This document shows positions 28,054 through 37,916 of a stretch of DNA of 64,000 nt, piece after piece. Within the stretch, counting starts at the first letter, position 1, and every line of letters starts with the position of its first letter. Source of the DNA: an uncultured Verrucomicrobiae bacterium. Its GTDB lineage: Bacteria; Verrucomicrobiota; Verrucomicrobiia; Chthoniobacterales; UBA10450. Made by a program: the position numbers and the translations under genes. The DNA lies in assembly GCA_963801815.1 (NCBI GenBank), contig CAWDGJ010000003.1, forward strand, positions 256,001 through 320,000, in the 5' to 3' direction. The notes under the pieces were generated by a model. That model saw nothing but the letters and a program-made list of their open reading frames with translations, was not told where the DNA came from and did no database searches.

Positions 28054-28101
28054 TTCAAGATTCGCGAATCGAGAATCGGCAAACCCGATGTAACGATGTA
28101 A
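28045..28101. repeat. 7-nt tandem units around a palindromic centre, plus an 8-nt duplication
   Basis: GAATCGT GATTCAA GATTCGC GAATCGA GAATCGG, then CGATGTAA twice. Confidence 0.55.
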
Positions 28102-28132
28102 TGGCGTAGCGAATCGCGCGGCGCGACGCGCA

Positions 28133-28161
28133 TTGACTTTAGCGGCGTCGATCATTAAAAC
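28133..28161 (+). promoter_or_regulatory. Candidate sigma70 promoter with a near-leaderless transcript
   Basis: TTGACT-N17-TAAAAC, with ATG 9 nt downstream of the -10 box. Confidence 0.5.
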
Positions 28162-28170
28162 CCGGACGTT

Positions 28171-29079
28171 ATGGCAATGATTCACGTAAATCGGGGCGCA
28201 ACGAGCTTGGGCGCATTTCCGGAAGACCAAGTTCGCGAAGCCATTCGCACGGGACGTTTTCTGCCAACCGATCTCGGTTGGAAAGAAGGTATGGCAAACT
28301 GGCAGCCACTTTCCCAATTTGCCGAGTTCGCTTCGGACTTTCCCGCGGCAGCTCCCGCCGCAGCGGCGCCACCACCCCAAACTCCCGCACCAACGCCAGC
28401 TCCGGCGTCTGCTGGGCCGGTTGCAACAGCGACATCATTCGCGCCGCGGAGCGGACTACCTTGGGACGAACGTCACACGAAGGGTTTGTTCAGTGCTTTT
28501 ATCGAAACTTTGCAAATCGTTTTGAGCCGCCCCAGTCAGGCGTTCACGGTCATGCGACGCGAAGGTGGTTTGGGTGAACCGCTGCTCTATGCGTTGATTG
28601 GCGGAAGTTTCGGTCTCATCGTCTATTTCGCCTACAACCTGGCGTTTCAGTCGATTGGGATGTTGGGAAATCGGTCAAACCCGTTTCTTCACATGATTGG
28701 AACCGGCGCCGGATTCGTATTCATCGTTATCGTAGCGCCGATTTTCGTCGCGCTGAGCGCGTTCATCGGCTCGGCTATCCTGCACGTTTGTTTGATGATC
28801 GTCGGCGGCGCCAAGCAATCGTATGAGACAACGTTCCGAGTAGTCTGCTTTTCAATGGGTTCGGTCGATCCGTTGATGATAGTCCCCCTTTGTGGCGGCT
28901 TGATTGTGGCCGTTTGGCGAATCGTGTTGAATTGCATTGGCTTGGCTCGCGCGCACGAAACCGACACCGGCCGCGCCGTGCTTGCTGTTTTCCTGCCGCT
29001 GATCGTTTGCTGCGGCGGAGGGCTTTTGATTGCGATGATGTTTGGGGCGCTGGGTGCATGGAGCGCCTCTCACCATTAA
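28171..29079 (+). CDS. GYF_2 (DUF4339) plus YIP1-domain membrane protein
   Basis: N-terminal LGWKEGMANWQP; Pro/Ala linker; C-terminal 5-TM YIP1-like region. Confidence 0.75.
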   Translation: MAMIHVNRGATSLGAFPEDQVREAIRTGRFLPTDLGWKEGMANWQPLSQFAEFASDFPAAAPAAAAPPPQTPAPTPAPASAGPVATATSFAPRSGLPWDERHTKGLFSAFIETLQIVLSRPSQAFTVMRREGGLGEPLLYALIGGSFGLIVYFAYNLAFQSIGMLGNRSNPFLHMIGTGAGFVFIVIVAPIFVALSAFIGSAILHVCLMIVGGAKQSYETTFRVVCFSMGSVDPLMIVPLCGGLIVAVWRIVLNCIGLARAHETDTGRAVLAVFLPLIVCCGGGLLIAMMFGALGAWSASHH

Positions 29080-29088
29080 GTTGGCGCA

Positions 29089-29514
29089 GTGCGCATTCGT
29101 TCACGACCACCTCAACCGGGCGAGATTAACCACGAGCTGATCTGGCTGGCCGTTTCACTCGGTGCACTCGTCCTCGCGGGGAGTTGGCTTCGGCTTGGAC
29201 TACCGTGGCCGCAGTGCGCGTTCCATTCGTTGACGGGTCATCCGTGCCTTACCTGCGGCATGACGCGGTCAGCGATTCGATTTTTTCACGGCGATTTCAG
29301 CGGCGCGTTGCGATGGAACCCGCTTGTCTTCGTGGCCCTGTGCGGACTGTCGATCTTCGATGCTTACGCTCTTGTAGTGTTGATTTTTCGGGCACCACGG
29401 CTGCGACTAATTCAATTCAGCACCGCGGAAAAGAGTTTTCTCCGTGTCGCGGCGATCGTCCTTCTTTTGGCAAACTGGATTTATTTGCTCTCGCGGCCGC
29501 CTGGCATGTTCTGA
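29089..29514 (+). CDS. DUF2752 family membrane protein
   Basis: CAFHSLTGHPCLTCGMTRS...NPL. Confidence 0.85.
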   Translation: MRIRSRPPQPGEINHELIWLAVSLGALVLAGSWLRLGLPWPQCAFHSLTGHPCLTCGMTRSAIRFFHGDFSGALRWNPLVFVALCGLSIFDAYALVVLIFRAPRLRLIQFSTAEKSFLRVAAIVLLLANWIYLLSRPPGMF

Positions 29515-30200
29515 ATTTTCTTCAAACCGGTTAGCTCCGATTTCGTGAGCGGCCGCCAATGACCGCGCGGCAGATCGCCCAATCCTAGGTTTCCGATTCG
29601 AATGCGGATGAGCCGTTTCACCTCGTAACCAACGGCATAAAACATCCGGCGAATCTGTTGGTTGAGCCCTTGCCGCAGGACCACTCGCAGCCGCGTCGGT
29701 CCAATCGAATGCAATCGCGCAATGTGCGCGCGTTTTCCGTCGAGCACGATTCCGCGCAAAAGCTTTGGCGCCAGAGCGTCGTCCCATCGCCGATCGAGGG
29801 TCACCTCGTATTCCTTTTCCACGTTGAGCCGCGGATGCGTGAGTTGTTGGGAAAGATCACCGTCATTTGTCAGCAATAGTAATCCTTCACTTTGAGCGTC
29901 GAGACGGCCGATGTTGAAAAGGCGCGGAAATTTTGACGGCAATAGATCGAAAACTGTGTCGCGAGCGTGCGGATCGTTCCGGGTTGAAACAAAACCGGCC
30001 GGTTTGTGTAACGCGATTGTCATTGTCCCCGCGACCCGGACCAGCTTGCCGTTGACTTTGACGTGATCGCGCTCGCCCGGTTGCGTGCTGAAATTAGTGC
30101 AAACGCGTCCGTTGATCGTAACGCATCCGGACGCGATCAGTTCGTCACATTTGCGTCGGGAAGCGACGCCAGCTGCCGCGAGAAAACGGTTCAGCCTCAT
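29481..30200 (-). CDS. rRNA pseudouridine synthase (RsuA/RluB family)
   Basis: S4 domain MRLNRFLA..G.ASRR; HKPAG; GRLDAQSEGLLLLTNDG; NQQIRRM. ATG at 30200. Confidence 0.92.
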   Translation of the reverse strand: MRLNRFLAAAGVASRRKCDELIASGCVTINGRVCTNFSTQPGERDHVKVNGKLVRVAGTMTIALHKPAGFVSTRNDPHARDTVFDLLPSKFPRLFNIGRLDAQSEGLLLLTNDGDLSQQLTHPRLNVEKEYEVTLDRRWDDALAPKLLRGIVLDGKRAHIARLHSIGPTRLRVVLRQGLNQQIRRMFYAVGYEVKRLIRIRIGNLGLGDLPRGHWRPLTKSELTGLKKIQNMPGGRESK

Positions 30201-30210
30201 GGCTAAACCG

Positions 30211-30285
30211 GGTGAGAGTTGTTGGTTGAGAGTTGAGTTATCAAAGCGGAGAGAACTCTCAACGCTCACCTTTCAACTCTCAACT
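30211..30285. repeat. Tandem-unit palindrome (7-nt unit GTTGAGA / TCTCAAC)
   Basis: GGTGAGA GTTGTTG GTTGAGA GTTGAGT ... ACTCTCA ACGCTCA CCTTTCA ACTCTCA. Confidence 0.75.
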
Positions 30286-30290
30286 TCTGC

Positions 30291-30446
30291 CTAAGCGTCC
30301 GGCTTGGTTTTTGGAAGACCGATTACTTTGCGACCTTCTTTCCATTGGCCGCGTTTTTTAAGCAACTCGACCCGCTCAAAACGCTTCAGAACGTTGCGCT
30401 TGGCGACGATGGTGCTGGTTCCTCTGAGACTGCGATGCTGCGACAT
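30291..30446 (-). CDS. PVC-superphylum small basic (signature) protein
   Basis: MSQHRSL...KRNVLKRFERVELLKKRGQWKEG..VIGLPK, 51 aa, matching my recollection of the Chlamydiae/Verrucomicrobia/Planctomycetes small basic protein pattern. Confidence 0.88.
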   Translation of the reverse strand: MSQHRSLRGTSTIVAKRNVLKRFERVELLKKRGQWKEGRKVIGLPKTKPDA

Positions 30447-30511
30447 AAATTGAAAACGAGCGCCCAAGCTACTGCTAAGTTGACAATTTTCAAACGCCAG
30501 ATGCGCGGCGA

Positions 30512-32302
30512 TTACAATTGGTTGGTCAGGACAACATGCTGCCCCGAAGCGGTAACCTGGTGATAGATATGAAAGCGCGTGGTAAGTAACTCTTGCCAAT
30601 GCGGAATACGGTCCTCCTTGAGGATGAGATAGATTCCCTGCGGATCTCCCCAGCGTCGCAGGATCGCGTCCTCGGTCACGGCAACATCTCTGCCGCCGGC
30701 GATGTGCATCTCGTCATCCGCAGGCTCGTTCACGAGGTAAAAATAATGGTGCAGATAAAAAACAAGACTACTGGCATCGTCCAGTTCGCCTTCATAGACC
30801 ACGGCGTCCGTGTCGGTAAGCCGGTTGTCGAGGGCGCGCGCCACATTGGCCAGGGAGAATTGTGGTGCCATGCGTGCGATTCCGTCCGCTAGGGCAAGCG
30901 CGATTGGGATCATTGCGAGCGCCAGAACAGCAAGGCAGAGCCGGGGACGGTTCTTTGCCGCGAGATAGAGAGCGATCAACGACGCGAGAATCAGCGAGAC
31001 CGCAATCACGACAAGCATTGGCCGTAAAACCGACCAAGTGGAAGCCGGCAGCATTTGTAACGCGTCCCACGCCGTCCAACTGCCGTCGCCGTTTTGGTCA
31101 TAATGTTCGCGTCCTTGCATGATATTCGGCCGAATCAGAGTCATAAGGCCCGAAGCCACGCCGAAAATTCCGACTAGCCCGGAACCGGTGAGCTGCCAGT
31201 ATCGTGGAAGTCGTTCCCATGCGGTCGCAATGAAAATGGCGAAGCCGGTCCACATGCTCATCGAATAGTAATCTTGCCGCTGTCCAATCACGAGCAGCGG
31301 CAAGAAGGCAACCGCCATCCAGGTCAACGGCAGTGCCTCGCCGAACGAAAGCTCATTCGGTCTGACCACCTTTCGCCAGGCAACAATGGCTCCGGGGAAC
31401 ACCGCCACCGACCACGGAAACCACCAGATGACATGCAACCATATGAAACGAAATCGCGGAACGCCGTTATCGCTGCCGGGAACATCCCCAAACGACCGTA
31501 AGTGACCGATCCACTCGACTCGGAATAGCTCGCGCAAGAAACCGGGGAAATGCCGCTCGATGGCGACGTACCATGGGACGAAAAGCAGGATGAAGGTCAG
31601 GATGTAAGTCCAATGGAAAAGCCGCGCGAAACGCATTCGTGCTTCGCGGTAAAATGCCGACAGCAAAAGAAAAATCGCCAACGGATAAATCAGGCCGAGC
31701 AAACTTTTGGTCAAACAGGCAAGGGCGCAACAGATCCAAAAACCAAGAAACCATCGACCGCGGCTACGTCGCCGCTGGTAACCGCACACGCCGCAAAAAA
31801 TCGCGCCGGCCACAAAAGCGCTGAACAGCGGCTCCGGCATGAGGACGCGCCCGAGCACTGCCGTCCCAGCGCAGCAGAGGTAAACCAGGCCCGCTAAGAA
31901 TCCGCGCCAGTAATCTGCGAGCTTTTCAGCGGTCAAAAACGTGAGCGCCACGGTTGTGATCATTGCCAGGGCAATCGGCAAGCGCGCTGCAGCCGAATTA
32001 ATGCCGAAGATTTTGAACGAGGCGATGATTAACCAGTAAAGGAGCGGTGGTTTTGGTAATCTCGGCAATCCATCATTTGTAGGCCATAGCCATTGATGGG
32101 TCTCTATCATTTCGCGGGCGGCGCCGGCATATTGTCCTTCGGTGTGGTTGTAGAGATCGCTCCAGCCGATCGTCGCCAAATGAAGCAGCGCCGCGAGCGC
32201 GATTAGCGCAGCGAGAAGCGCATGGCGTAGTCGGGGAGGGGGCAACGCCGGCGGTTCGAGCAACGCATCCTCAATAGTGAACGTGCGGGCACCGGCCGTC
32301 AT
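30512..32302 (-). CDS. ArnT/PMT-like glycosyltransferase (GT-C)
   Basis: [26 protein letters not shown]; many TM segments. ATG at 32302 coupled to the upstream stop. Confidence 0.85.
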   Translation of the reverse strand: MTAGARTFTIEDALLEPPALPPPRLRHALLAALIALAALLHLATIGWSDLYNHTEGQYAGAAREMIETHQWLWPTNDGLPRLPKPPLLYWLIIASFKIFGINSAAARLPIALAMITTVALTFLTAEKLADYWRGFLAGLVYLCCAGTAVLGRVLMPEPLFSAFVAGAIFCGVCGYQRRRSRGRWFLGFWICCALACLTKSLLGLIYPLAIFLLLSAFYREARMRFARLFHWTYILTFILLFVPWYVAIERHFPGFLRELFRVEWIGHLRSFGDVPGSDNGVPRFRFIWLHVIWWFPWSVAVFPGAIVAWRKVVRPNELSFGEALPLTWMAVAFLPLLVIGQRQDYYSMSMWTGFAIFIATAWERLPRYWQLTGSGLVGIFGVASGLMTLIRPNIMQGREHYDQNGDGSWTAWDALQMLPASTWSVLRPMLVVIAVSLILASLIALYLAAKNRPRLCLAVLALAMIPIALALADGIARMAPQFSLANVARALDNRLTDTDAVVYEGELDDASSLVFYLHHYFYLVNEPADDEMHIAGGRDVAVTEDAILRRWGDPQGIYLILKEDRIPHWQELLTTRFHIYHQVTASGQHVVLTNQL

Positions 32303-32721
32303 ATTTGCCGCGTTCCGCGATATTTCTTCCAATCGTCCGGTAATCGGAGCGCCTTCCCCGCCGGCATCTGCACTAGCGCCACCATTTGCCGGCAATCGGC
32401 AATGAGCGTTTCATCCGACGGCCGCGTGATTTGAAAGGCGCACCAAAAACGCGCGCGCTGTAATTCATCCAGCCACGCTTCTATTACCAATCGGTCCCCG
32501 ATTTTCGCGGGCCGGCGATAATCGATCTCAGTCCGCACTACGGCTGGATACAATTTGGTTTGGTCCATTCCGCTCAAGGGCATTCCAAGTTTTTCGGCGA
32601 GCGCTGTGCGCGCGATTTCGATGAAGCGCAAATAAGCAATGTTCGAAACCACGCCGCCTGAGTCGGTGTCGAAAAACATCACCTGCACTTCGGTCCGGAT
32701 GCGCGGCTGGTCGGGGTTCAT
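32299..32721 (-). CDS. Acyl-CoA thioesterase (YbgC/4HBT family)
   Basis: [30 protein letters not shown] at 32721. Confidence 0.87.
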   Translation of the reverse strand: MNPDQPRIRTEVQVMFFDTDSGGVVSNIAYLRFIEIARTALAEKLGMPLSGMDQTKLYPAVVRTEIDYRRPAKIGDRLVIEAWLDELQRARFWCAFQITRPSDETLIADCRQMVALVQMPAGKALRLPDDWKKYRGTRQI

Positions 32722-34619
32722 CGCAAGATCGACTTCATCGCATTTACGACTTCCTGCGTCGTTACTTCTTTCATGCATCGAAAATCGATCGGGCATTCGC
32801 GCAGGAAACACGGGCTGCATTCGACATGGCGGCGCAGAACAATGTGACCATCTCCGAGGGGTCCAGTAAGCTGCGGCTCAGTGGAACCGAAAATTGCCAC
32901 CACCGGCACGCCCAGCAACGCGGCCAGATGCATCGTGCCAGTGTCGTTGGTTAAAAGCGCGCGGCAATCGCGCAGTTCTGAAATCAATTCGTCCAATGTT
33001 GTCTGGCCAATGTGATTGACGCAGCTGTCGCCAAGTTTGGCGGCAATCGTTTCGCCGGCCGCCGCGTCGTTCGTTGTTCCAAACAAGACCCATTTGGCCT
33101 TTGATCCGTTGGACACCAATTTAGCAACTTCCGCGAAACGGTCCGGCAACCAGCGCTTGGATGGGCCGTAATCCGCGCCCGGACAAAGTCCTAATACGGT
33201 TCGGCGTTGGAAGTTTGCAGTCTTGGTGGAATCGTTCAGTTGGATCCTTGCGCTAAGATCGACATCCGCGCCGCAATCTTCGGCGATGCGAAGAAAACGA
33301 ATCGCGTGGTGCTGGGGTGGACCTGGTCGACGTGGTTCGCGCACAACCTGATTAAGCAACCAGGACCGCGCGTGTCCGCGATATCCAACTTTTCTGGAAA
33401 CCAATAAGACTTCGAGTGCTGAGCGAAGCGAGTTTGGGAAAAGAATGGCAGCGTCGAAGCGCGGTTGTTGTTTGACGACGCGTCCTGTCGCAAAAAGAGA
33501 TTTGGTTGGTAGGGATAAAACCTGATCGACTTCCGGGATCAATTTCCACATGGCCACGATTTTTTCCGGCGCGAGAATTGTGACATGCGCGTCGGGCCGG
33601 CCATTCTTGATCGCGCGGACCGTTGGGACGCTCATGACTGCGTCGCCAAGCCAGTTGCTGCTCCGGATCAGAATTCGAAATGGCTTCAGTTTTTCCGGCG
33701 GCCAATCTTTTGGCAGATAGACGCCACGTTTGTACCGTGCGAGAAGAAAATTCGGTCGTGGAGTCTTCCATCGATTGTGCACCCAGAAGCCGTCTTCCGG
33801 CGCGTGGCGTATTTGTTGTTCGATAATTTCGTTTATCTTCGAAGTCAGCGCCTCTATCGAGGCACCGGGAATATCGAAGCGCTCGGTGAAAACCATTCGC
33901 CAGCGGGCAGTGCCGGTTGTGTAAACCGCAGCCGCGATCAAAGCAGCACGGCTTCGTTTGGCGAGCAACGCTGACAGTGGTGAGGTCGACGCAAGTTTCC
34001 CGAAAAATGGGGTCCAGATTCCCTGATCACCGGCGTGTTGGTCGCTCAGAATCCCAACGCCGCCGCCAGAACGCAGCAAGTCGATGACTGGCTGGAATCC
34101 TTCCCGGCGATCGAACAACTCGAGTCCGGTGCGGCTTCGGCTCGCTCGGACATGGGCATCGATGAAGCGATTGCCGAGTTTTTGATATACGCTCGAGTTG
34201 CGAACGAAGCCGACAAACTTCGGCATCAATGGCGCGAACAGTTCCCAAGTGGCCAAATGACTCAACACGAGCACGACCGGCGTGCCTGCGCGAAATTCCC
34301 GGGCCATCGCCTCGATGTTTTCAACGGTGACGTGTTGCAGGATTTGGTCGGGAGACATCCGCATCAGCCTTACCGTGCAGAGGAGATTGGAGCCCAGTCG
34401 TTGAAAATGCCGCCGAACCAGGCGCCGCATTTCACGCGGCGATTTCTCCGCACCGAATGCGATCTCGATGTTGTGGAACGCCAGTCGCCGGTATTTGCCA
34501 AGAACAACCCAGGCGCAAAACCCGAGTGCGTTTCCAACCGCGAACGCACCGCGCAACGGCAACAGGCCGATCAGAGCGATTCCTGTCCGATAAATAAGGT
34601 AAACGAAATACTCGAGCAT
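32718..34619 (-). CDS. Fusion of lipid A late acyltransferase (LpxL/HtrB-like) and heptosyltransferase II (WaaF-like, GT9)
   Basis: N-half: HLATWE, SDQH, PFFG, WVHNRWK. C-half: SNWLGDAVM, CPGADYGPSKRW, TNDTGTMHLAA. ATG at 34619. Confidence 0.88.
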   Translation of the reverse strand: MLEYFVYLIYRTGIALIGLLPLRGAFAVGNALGFCAWVVLGKYRRLAFHNIEIAFGAEKSPREMRRLVRRHFQRLGSNLLCTVRLMRMSPDQILQHVTVENIEAMAREFRAGTPVVLVLSHLATWELFAPLMPKFVGFVRNSSVYQKLGNRFIDAHVRASRSRTGLELFDRREGFQPVIDLLRSGGGVGILSDQHAGDQGIWTPFFGKLASTSPLSALLAKRSRAALIAAAVYTTGTARWRMVFTERFDIPGASIEALTSKINEIIEQQIRHAPEDGFWVHNRWKTPRPNFLLARYKRGVYLPKDWPPEKLKPFRILIRSSNWLGDAVMSVPTVRAIKNGRPDAHVTILAPEKIVAMWKLIPEVDQVLSLPTKSLFATGRVVKQQPRFDAAILFPNSLRSALEVLLVSRKVGYRGHARSWLLNQVVREPRRPGPPQHHAIRFLRIAEDCGADVDLSARIQLNDSTKTANFQRRTVLGLCPGADYGPSKRWLPDRFAEVAKLVSNGSKAKWVLFGTTNDAAAGETIAAKLGDSCVNHIGQTTLDELISELRDCRALLTNDTGTMHLAALLGVPVVAIFGSTEPQLTGPLGDGHIVLRRHVECSPCFLRECPIDFRCMKEVTTQEVVNAMKSILR

Positions 34620-34740
34620 CAATCTCGGCCCACGCGCTCGCCGAACGCGGGACAGCGTAAATTTGCCTGAGCGGCGCTGCAATGAATATAATGTGGTAGT
34701 TGCCGTTGGCCTTCGTTAGGCATGTAAGCGGCTTTACTCG

Positions 34741-35484
34741 ATGAAAATGAAAAAAGATTTGTGGCTCGGCCTGAATGAGCGCGCGAGAAAATCTCTCGTT
34801 TCCCGCGACTACAAAACGGGCTCACCGGCTCAGCGGATTTCAGAATCAGGCGTTGACGCCGGCGATCTGATCGCGCCGCGCAGCAAAGCGGACCTGAAAA
34901 AGGTTTGGATTCCGGGCGTGGAGATTTTTTCGAGAACCATTCATCCGCAGCGCCATCGCGGCAGTTTTGGCGAATTGGCGCGCGAATCGGAGGGAATCCT
35001 CGGCAAGATCGGATTGCGGCCGAAACAATGGTCAGCCGCGTGCATGTACGCGAACAGCGCAAAAGGTTTTCACATTCATCCGCCAAGCGTTCCCGATGAT
35101 ACGACTGCGGAGAAATGGTTGCGCCGCTTATTCGTTACTCAGCCGCAGAATTACTCGCTCCGACCGTACGATCGCGAGCAATGGGATGTAATGTTTTTCC
35201 TGCAGGGCCGCGCCGAAATATTTTTACGCGACGCGCGTGCCGGTCTTCCTGAGCGAAACATGCGACTATTTGTGAACGGCGACAATCACCGCGGCCGCAA
35301 TAACGCCGGGATTGTCATTCCTCCGGGCGTTGCCCATGCAATCCGGGCCGAGGGATCGGAAGACCTGATCATGGTGTATGGCACGAGTACGAAATTTCAG
35401 CCGGAGTTCGAGGGCCGAATTGCCAGTGAAATCGAAATGGCAGAGTTACCCGCGTCCTGGCGAAAATTTTTAAGTGGCAAGTGA
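34741..35484 (+). CDS. RmlC-like cupin (dTDP-sugar 3,5-epimerase-like)
   Basis: RGSFGE; KGFHIH; QWD; IPPGVAHA. Confidence 0.7.
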   Translation: MKMKKDLWLGLNERARKSLVSRDYKTGSPAQRISESGVDAGDLIAPRSKADLKKVWIPGVEIFSRTIHPQRHRGSFGELARESEGILGKIGLRPKQWSAACMYANSAKGFHIHPPSVPDDTTAEKWLRRLFVTQPQNYSLRPYDREQWDVMFFLQGRAEIFLRDARAGLPERNMRLFVNGDNHRGRNNAGIVIPPGVAHAIRAEGSEDLIMVYGTSTKFQPEFEGRIASEIEMAELPASWRKFLSGK

Positions 35485-35542
35485 CAGGTGACGAGTGACG
35501 AGCTGATCCCAACTTCTGTTCTTGTCACATGTCACTCGTCAC
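35474..35542. repeat. Tandem-unit palindrome (7-nt unit GTGACGA / TCGTCAC)
   Basis: GTGGCAA GTGACAG GTGACGA GTGACGA ... TTGTCAC ATGTCAC TCGTCAC. Confidence 0.8.
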
Positions 35543-35550
35543 GTTTTTTA

Positions 35551-36246
35551 ATGAATCGTCGTTTTGACCCAAACACGCTCGAACTGATGGACCGACCGCA
35601 ACCGGTCTCCGCCGAGCTTGAGTGTGATCTTGATAACCTCCGGAAGCTCAATCGCTGGTTCGGCAGCTATTCGTTGATCAAGTTTTTCCTCCATCGCTGG
35701 CTAAAGCCGGGCGCGAGACTGCGCATTCTCGATCTCGCTACGGGATCGGGCGACATTCCGAGGTTGATTGCGGATTACGCGCGCGACGTTGGCGCCGAAG
35801 TTCGGATAGATGCTCTCGACCGGCAGCCCGCAACGCTCGAGATCGCGAAGAAACTGAGCGCGGCCTATCCGAGTTTTTCGTTCATTGAAGGAAACATTCT
35901 CGAATGGGATGCGCCAGACCCGTACGACATCGTTCTATGTACATTAGCACTTCATCATTTTAGCGAGGACGATGCAGTGCGGGTTTTGCGTAAGTGCAGA
36001 GAGCTGTCGCGCAAATTTGTTCTCGTCTCGGACCTGCGTCGGGGCTGGACTGGCACAATCGGCGTCCACCTTCTGACGGCAACTATCTTTCGCGAGCCGA
36101 TGACGAGGTTCGACGCGCGCCTGTCGATTGCACGTGCTTTTTCGCTTTCCGAGCTGGCTCAGCTGGCGAAGCGCGCCGGTTGGAAAAATTTCGCGCAGCG
36201 GAGTTTCACCTGTGCACGCCAGGCGATCTGGCTCGAAGCGTTGTAA
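35551..36246 (+). CDS. Class I SAM-dependent methyltransferase
   Basis: ELMD; ILDLATGSGD; LALHHF; SDLRR. ATG at 35551 after the repeat. Confidence 0.85.
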   Translation: MNRRFDPNTLELMDRPQPVSAELECDLDNLRKLNRWFGSYSLIKFFLHRWLKPGARLRILDLATGSGDIPRLIADYARDVGAEVRIDALDRQPATLEIAKKLSAAYPSFSFIEGNILEWDAPDPYDIVLCTLALHHFSEDDAVRVLRKCRELSRKFVLVSDLRRGWTGTIGVHLLTATIFREPMTRFDARLSIARAFSLSELAQLAKRAGWKNFAQRSFTCARQAIWLEAL

Positions 36247-36297
36247 CGCTAGCGCGATTTTTCTGAAAGAAATCACTGGCTCGCGCGTAGATGCCTT

Positions 36298-37026
36298 ATG
36301 AACGAACAATCCTCATCTTTCGCAATTCGCGGCGTGGCAGTTGTTATTGCTTCGCTCCTTCTCGCGGTCGGCGTTTCGGTCGGTGGATCTTTCGTAGGAG
36401 ATGGCATAGCGAATTGGAACAGCGGCCGGAGGATTATTGCCGTGAAGGGACTTTCGGAGCGCGAGGTGCCGGCGAGTGTCGCCACTTGGTACATTGGCTA
36501 TCGCGCAACCGGGAACGATCTGAACACGATTAATCGAAAATTGAGCGACAGCACGAAAACGGTTCTCGCGTTTCTAAAAACTGCGGGCTTCGAGGAAAAG
36601 GATGTCGCTGTGCAGCCCCCGGCGTTGCGCAATGCCAGTATGGAACCGCGTGAGAAAGACACCCCCGCGCCACTGGAGCGCTATCGCGCGGAACAATCGG
36701 TCCTGCTACGAACAGGAAAAGTTGACTTGATCAAACCAGCGCTCGCCTCAGCCTCAACTTTGATGGTCAACGGCGTGCTCCTCTCCGGCGGATGCCAGCC
36801 AAACTACGTTTACAACCAGTTGAATGAAATCAAGCCGACTATGATCCAGGAGGCGACAAAGAACGCTCGCGTTGCCGCCGAGCAGTTTGCGCGAGATTCA
36901 CAAACGAACCTGGGGAAACTGCGAAGCGCGTCGCAAGGATGGTTTCAGGTGGAAGATCGCGACGCGGTGACGCCGGAACGCAAGCTGGTCCGCGTCGTAG
37001 TCGACGTCGACTACGAACTCCACTAA
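36298..37026 (+). CDS. SIMPL (DUF541) domain protein
   Basis: N-terminal TM; VKGLSEREV; KP.MIQEATKNAR.AAEQFARDS; ASQG.F. Confidence 0.85.
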   Translation: MNEQSSSFAIRGVAVVIASLLLAVGVSVGGSFVGDGIANWNSGRRIIAVKGLSEREVPASVATWYIGYRATGNDLNTINRKLSDSTKTVLAFLKTAGFEEKDVAVQPPALRNASMEPREKDTPAPLERYRAEQSVLLRTGKVDLIKPALASASTLMVNGVLLSGGCQPNYVYNQLNEIKPTMIQEATKNARVAAEQFARDSQTNLGKLRSASQGWFQVEDRDAVTPERKLVRVVVDVDYELH

Positions 37027-37088
37027 TCCGCAGAGTTTTAAGGTTTTCTTAATTCGCACCGTGCAGCGGACTAGGTCATGGTTGCGGA

Positions 37089-37916
37089 GTGCAAATTGTC
37101 ACGACGATTGAGAAGATTCGGCCTCGCGACCGGACGAATCGCCGCGTGCTGGTGCCGACAATGGGTGCGTTGCACACAGCCCACGGGGAGTTGATTCGAG
37201 TCGCCCGCGAAAACGCCGGTAAGAATGGCGAAGTGGTCGTCAGTATTTTTGTTAATCCGCTCCAGTTTGAACCAGGTAGCGATTACGAACGTTACCCGCG
37301 GCCTGAAAAAGATGACGAAGAGTTCTGTCGGAAAGCCGGTGTCGATCTCTTGTTTCGACCGGGCGCGGAGGAGATGTACGCAGATGACCGTTCCGTTTTT
37401 ATCGATGAAGATTCGTTGTCGAATGTGCTGGAGGGAAACTCGCGACCGGGACATTTCCGTGGCGTTTGCACGGTTGTTGCGAAGTTATTCAATATTTTGC
37501 AACCGGATGCTGCTGTGTTTGGCGAAAAAGATTTTCAGCAGCTCGCGATCATTCGTCGAATGGTGCGCGACTTGAACTACAAGATCGAGATTCTCGCAAT
37601 GCCGACCGTGCGCGAAATGAACGGACTCGCATGCAGCTCGCGCAACGCGTATTTGAATGCCGAAGAACGAATACAAGCGCCTGTTTTGCGCAAAGCTCTG
37701 GTTGCAGCCAGAGACTCCGGAAAGAAATCCGCCAAGGAGATTGTCGATCTTGTGAACAGCACAATCGGGACAGCGCCCCTCGCGAAAATTGATTACGTCG
37801 AACTTGTCGACGCGGACACTTTGCAGCCCATTGAAATTGTGACGCCGAACTCGCTCCTGGCCGTCGCCGTTTATTTTGGAAGAACGCGGGTGATCGACAA
37901 CATTAGGCTTAAATGA
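37089..37916 (+). CDS. panC: Pantoate-beta-alanine ligase
   Basis: VPTMGALH; SIFVNPLQF; RPGHFRGV; FGEKDFQQ; SSRN; RVIDN. Confidence 0.96.
   Translation: MQIVTTIEKIRPRDRTNRRVLVPTMGALHTAHGELIRVARENAGKNGEVVVSIFVNPLQFEPGSDYERYPRPEKDDEEFCRKAGVDLLFRPGAEEMYADDRSVFIDEDSLSNVLEGNSRPGHFRGVCTVVAKLFNILQPDAAVFGEKDFQQLAIIRRMVRDLNYKIEILAMPTVREMNGLACSSRNAYLNAEERIQAPVLRKALVAARDSGKKSAKEIVDLVNSTIGTAPLAKIDYVELVDADTLQPIEIVTPNSLLAVAVYFGRTRVIDNIRLK

Noticed and set aside
35488..35550. N-terminal extensions of ORFs starting at 35488, 30269 and 14320
   Set aside because: They are translations of the tandem-repeat elements; downstream starts fit the families better.
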